Positions 60,033 through 64,000 of a stretch of 64,000 nucleotides of DNA are shown here, one piece after another (position 1 is the stretch's first letter; every line of letters begins with the position of its first letter). The notes beneath the pieces were generated by a model that saw only the letters and a list, made by a program, of their open reading frames with translations, made no database searches and was not told the origin of the DNA. The translations under genes and the position numbers were made by a program. The stretch comes from Mobula hypostoma. Taxonomy: Eukaryota. The stretch lies in the NCBI RefSeq assembly GCF_963921235.1, contig NC_086108.1:17422001-17486000 (forward strand), in the 5' to 3' direction.

Positions 60033-63000
60033 GTTTTCCAGGAAAGGTGGGACCTGTTCCGGCAGGATGGTTTACATCTGAACTGGAGGGGGACAAATAT
60101 TCTTGCAGGTAGGTTTGCTAGAGAAGTTCCGGTGGATTTAAACTAGATACGAGGGGGGAGGGGAACCAGAGTGTAGGAACAGATGTAGGGGAAAAGGAAG
60201 AAAAAGAAAATAGTAAAGTTCTTTGCACCGTTAGTGATAAACAGAGAGTAAGAGGTGGAAAATTTCTTAAATGCATTTATCTTAATGCTAGCAGCAGTAT
60301 AAGAAAGGTGGATGAGCTTAAATCATGGATTGATACCTGGAAGTATGATGTGGTAGCTATTAGTGAAACATGGTTACAGGAGGGGTGTGATTGGCAACTA
60401 AATATTCCTGGATTTAATTGCTTCAGGTGTGATAGAATTGGAGGGACAAGAGGGGGAGGTGTTGCATTGCTTGTCAGAGAAAATATTACAGCGGTGCTCT
60501 GGCAGGATAGATTAGAGGGCTCGTCTCGGGAAGCTATTTACGTGGGATTGAGGAATGGGAAAGGTGTAGTAACACTTATGGGGGTGTATTATAGACCACC
60601 AAATGGGGAACGAGAATTGGAGGAGCAAATTTGTAAGGAGATAGCAGGTATTTGTAGTAAGCACAAGGTTGTGATTGTGGAAGATTTTAATTTTCCACAC
60701 ATAGACTGGGAAGCCCATTCTGTAAAAGGGCTGGATAGTTTGGAGTTTGTAAAATGTATGCAGGATAGTTTTTTGCAGCAATACATAGAGGTACCAACTA
60801 GAGAAGGGGCAGTGTTGGATCTCCTGTTAGGGAATGAGATAGGTCAGGTGACAGAGGTATGTGTTGGGGAGCACTTCGGGTCCAGTGATCACAATGCTAT
60901 TGGTTTCAATATAATTATGCAGAAAGATAGGTCTGGAACCAGGGTTGAGATTTTTGATTGGAGAAAGGCTAACTTTGAGGAGATGCGAAAGGAATTAGGA
61001 GTGGATTGGGACAATTTGTTTTATGGGAAGAATGTAATAGAGAAATGGAGGTCATTTAAAGGTGAAATTTTGAGAGTAAAGATTCTTTCTGTTCCTGTTA
61101 GGTTGAAAGGAAAGGTTAAAAGTTTGAGAGAGCCATGGTTTTCAAGGGATATCGGAAACTTGGTTTGGAAAGAGAGAGGGATCTACAATAAATATAGGCA
61201 GCTTGGAGTTAATGAGGTTCTCGAGGGATATAAAGAATGTAAAAAGAATCTTAAGAAAGAAATTAGAAAAGCTAAAAGAAGATACGAGGCTGCTTTGGCA
61301 AGTAAGGTGAAAATAAATCCAAAGGGTTTCTACAGTTATATTAATAGCAAAAGGATAGTGAGGGATAAAATTGGTCCCTTAGAGAATCAGAGTGGATGGC
61401 TATGTGTGGAGCCAAAAGAGATGGGGGAGATTCTGAACAAGTTCTTTTCTTCGGTATTCGCTAAGGAGAAGGATATTGAATTGTGTAAGATAAGGGAAAC
61501 AGGTAGGCAAGTTATGGAAACTATGATGATTAAAAAAGAGGAAGTACTGGAGCTTTTAAGGAATATAAAAGTGGATAAGTCTCCGGGTCCTGACAGGATA
61601 TTCCCTAGGACCTTGAGGGAAGTTAGTGTGGAAATAGCAGGGGTTCTGACAGAAATATTTCAAATGTAATTAGAAACAGGGTTACATAGAAACATAGAAA
61701 ATAGGTGCAGGAGTAGGCCATTCAGCCCTTCGAGCCTGCACCGCCATTTATTATGATCTTGGCTGATCATCCAACCCAGAACCCCGCCCCAGCCTTCCCT
61801 CCACACCCCCCGACCCCCATAGCCACAAGGGCCATATCTAACTCCCTCTTAAATATAGCCAATGAACTGGCCTCAACAGTTTCCTGTGGCAGAGAATTCC
61901 ACAGATTCACCACTCTCTGTGTGAAGAAGTTTTTCCTAATCTCGGTCCTAAAAGGCTTCCCCTCTATCCTCAAACCGTGGCCCCTCGTTCTGGACTTCCC
62001 CAACATCGGGAACAATCTTCCTGCATCTAGCCTGTCCAATCCCTTTAGGATTTTATACGTTTCAATCAGATCCCCCCTCAATCCGGGATGGTGCCGGAGG
62101 ATTGGAGTATTGCTCATGTTTTCCATTGTTTAAAAATGTTTCTAAGAGTAATCCTAGCAATTATCGGCCTGTGAGTTTGATGTCAGTGCTGGGTAAATTG
62201 ATGGAAAGTATTCCTAGAGATGGTATATATAATTATCTGGATAGACAGGGTCTGATTAGGAACAGTCAACATGTATTTGTGCGTGGAAGGTCATGTTTGA
62301 CAAATCTTATATAATTTTTTGAAGAGGTTACTAGGAAAGTTGATGAGGGTAAAGCGGTGGATGTTGTCTCTATGGACTTCAGTATGGCCTTTGATAAGGT
62401 TTCACACGGAAGGTTAGTTAGGAAGGTTCAATCGTTAGGTATTAATATTGAAGTAGTGAAATGGATTCAGCAATGGCTGGATGGGAGACGCCAGAGAGTA
62501 GTGGTGGATAACTGTGTGTCAGATTGGAGGCCGGTGACTAGTGGTGTGCCTCAGGGATCTGTACTGGGTCCAATGTTGTTTGTCATATACATTAGTGATC
62601 TGGATGACAGGGTGGTAAATTGGATCAGTAAGTATGCAGATGATACTAAGATAGGTGGAGTTGTGGACAATGAAGTAGGTTTTCAAAGCTTGCAGACAGA
62701 TTTAGGCCAGTTAGAAGAGTGGGCTGAAAGATGGCAGATGGAGTTTAATGCTGATAAATGTGAGGTGCTAGATTTTGGTAGAACTAATCAAAATAGGACA
62801 TACATGGTAAATGGTAGCGCATTGAAGAATGCAGTAGAACAGAGGGATCTAGGAATAATGGTGCATAGTTTCCTGAAGGTGGGATCTCATGTGGATAGGG
62901 TGGTGAAGAAAGCTTTTGGTATGCTGGCCTTTATTAATCAGAGCATTGAGTATAGGAGTTGGGATGTAATGTTGAAATTGTACAAGACATTGGTGAGGGC

Positions 63001-63552
63001 AAATTTGGAGGATTGTGTACAGTTTTGGTCACCGAATTATAGGAAAGGTGTCAACAAAATAGAGAGAGTACAGAGAAAATTTGCTAGAATGTTACCTGGG
63101 TTTCATCACCTAAATTACAGAGAAAGGTTGAACAAGTTGGGTCTTTATTCTTTGGAACGTAGAGGTTTGAGGGGGGGACTTGATAGAGGTATTTAAAATT
63201 ATGAGGGGGATAGAGTTGACGTGGATAGGCTTTTTCTATTGAGAGTCGGGGAGATTCAAACAAAAGGACATGAGTCGAGAGTTAAAGGGCAAAAGTTTAG
63301 GGGTAACATGAGGGGGAATTTCTTTACTCAGAGAGTGGTAGCTGTGTGGAATGAGCTTCCAGCAGAAGTGGTTGAGGCAGGTTCAATGTTGTCATTTAAA
63401 GTTAAATTGGACAGCTATATGGACAGGAAAGGAATGGAGGGTTATGGGCTGAGTGCAGGTCAGTGGGACTAGGTGAGAGTAAGAATTCAGCACGGACTAG
63501 AAGGGCCGAGATGACCTGTTTCCGTGCTGTAATTGTTATATGGTTATATGGT
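60033..63552 (+). mobile_element. CR1 LINE (ORF1 end DGLHLN, APE-RT ORF2)
   Basis: ORFs 60308-61669 and 62357-63196 (SKYADDTK), with a (TTATATGG)n tail. Confidence 0.93.
61685..62082 (-). mobile_element. Young CR1 3' fragment inserted in the CR1
   Basis: Near-identical to 1741-2140. Interrupts the host at ETG|MVP. Confidence 0.9.
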
Positions 63553-63746
63553 TTATGTTTGATTTGTTTTTCTTTTGAATATTGATCTCTGATGCTACAG
63601 GTATGTGCCTATGATAGGAACATAGAAACAGAGAAAAGCCTACAGCATAATACTGGCCTTTCGGCCCACAATGCTGTGCCGAACATGTACTTTAGAAATT
63701 ATCTAGGGTTACTCATAGCCCTCTATTTTTCTAAGCTCCATGTACA

Positions 63747-64000
63747 TGTAAGGGGGTTTCGTCTTTTATGTTACTGCCTAGGCTAATTAAAATAGCTTCT
63801 TTGTTATGTTACACTTGGGAATGCTTCTTTGTTATGTTAAACACTGAGAAAGTTCTTGTGCTAGCGGCTTGTTTTGGGTTAGAGAGTGATAAGAATATGT
63901 TATGAACCAATTGGGATAGTTGTTATGTTTTTGGTATAATCTGTAAGATATTGTATGCGTGGGGTTTTGGGGCAGAAGGTGGGAGAGAGAGACAGAGGAT
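63747..64000. mobile_element. Probable start of another LTR
   Basis: Abrupt TGTAAGGGGG start that interrupts a CR1 3' fragment (63620-63746). Contains internal short repeats and runs off the window. Confidence 0.45.

Overview
Eukaryotic (vertebrate) genomic DNA. A cartilaginous fish is inferred from the CR1-dominated repeat content and the abundant Penelope-derived foldback repeats; this is not proven. The only host gene I can support is a retinoid X receptor on the minus strand. Five ligand-binding-domain exons lie at 36602-36473, 35727-35595, 34522-34431, 33138-33033 and 28590-28443, all with GT-AG junctions, and the residues mostly favour RXR-gamma. The upstream hinge and DNA-binding exons were not found and are probably beyond 64 kb. 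Nearly everything else is decayed or nested mobile DNA: CR1 LINEs, RNase H-bearing Nimb/I-clade LINEs, Rex1/Babar-like LINEs, an RTE LINE, Penelope-like (GIY-YIG) elements, a Tc1 transposon, a SCAN-type Gypsy LTR element with a tRNA-Pro PBS, SINEs and two minisatellites. The most interesting non-coding signals are: minimal hammerhead ribozymes in two unrelated Penelope families; short hairpin-shaped Penelope derivatives with their own TSDs; an apparent shared target motif among Penelope insertions; a five-layer transposon nest; and a minisatellite whose variants differ almost only at CpG positions. I found no convincing wholly new protein-coding system.
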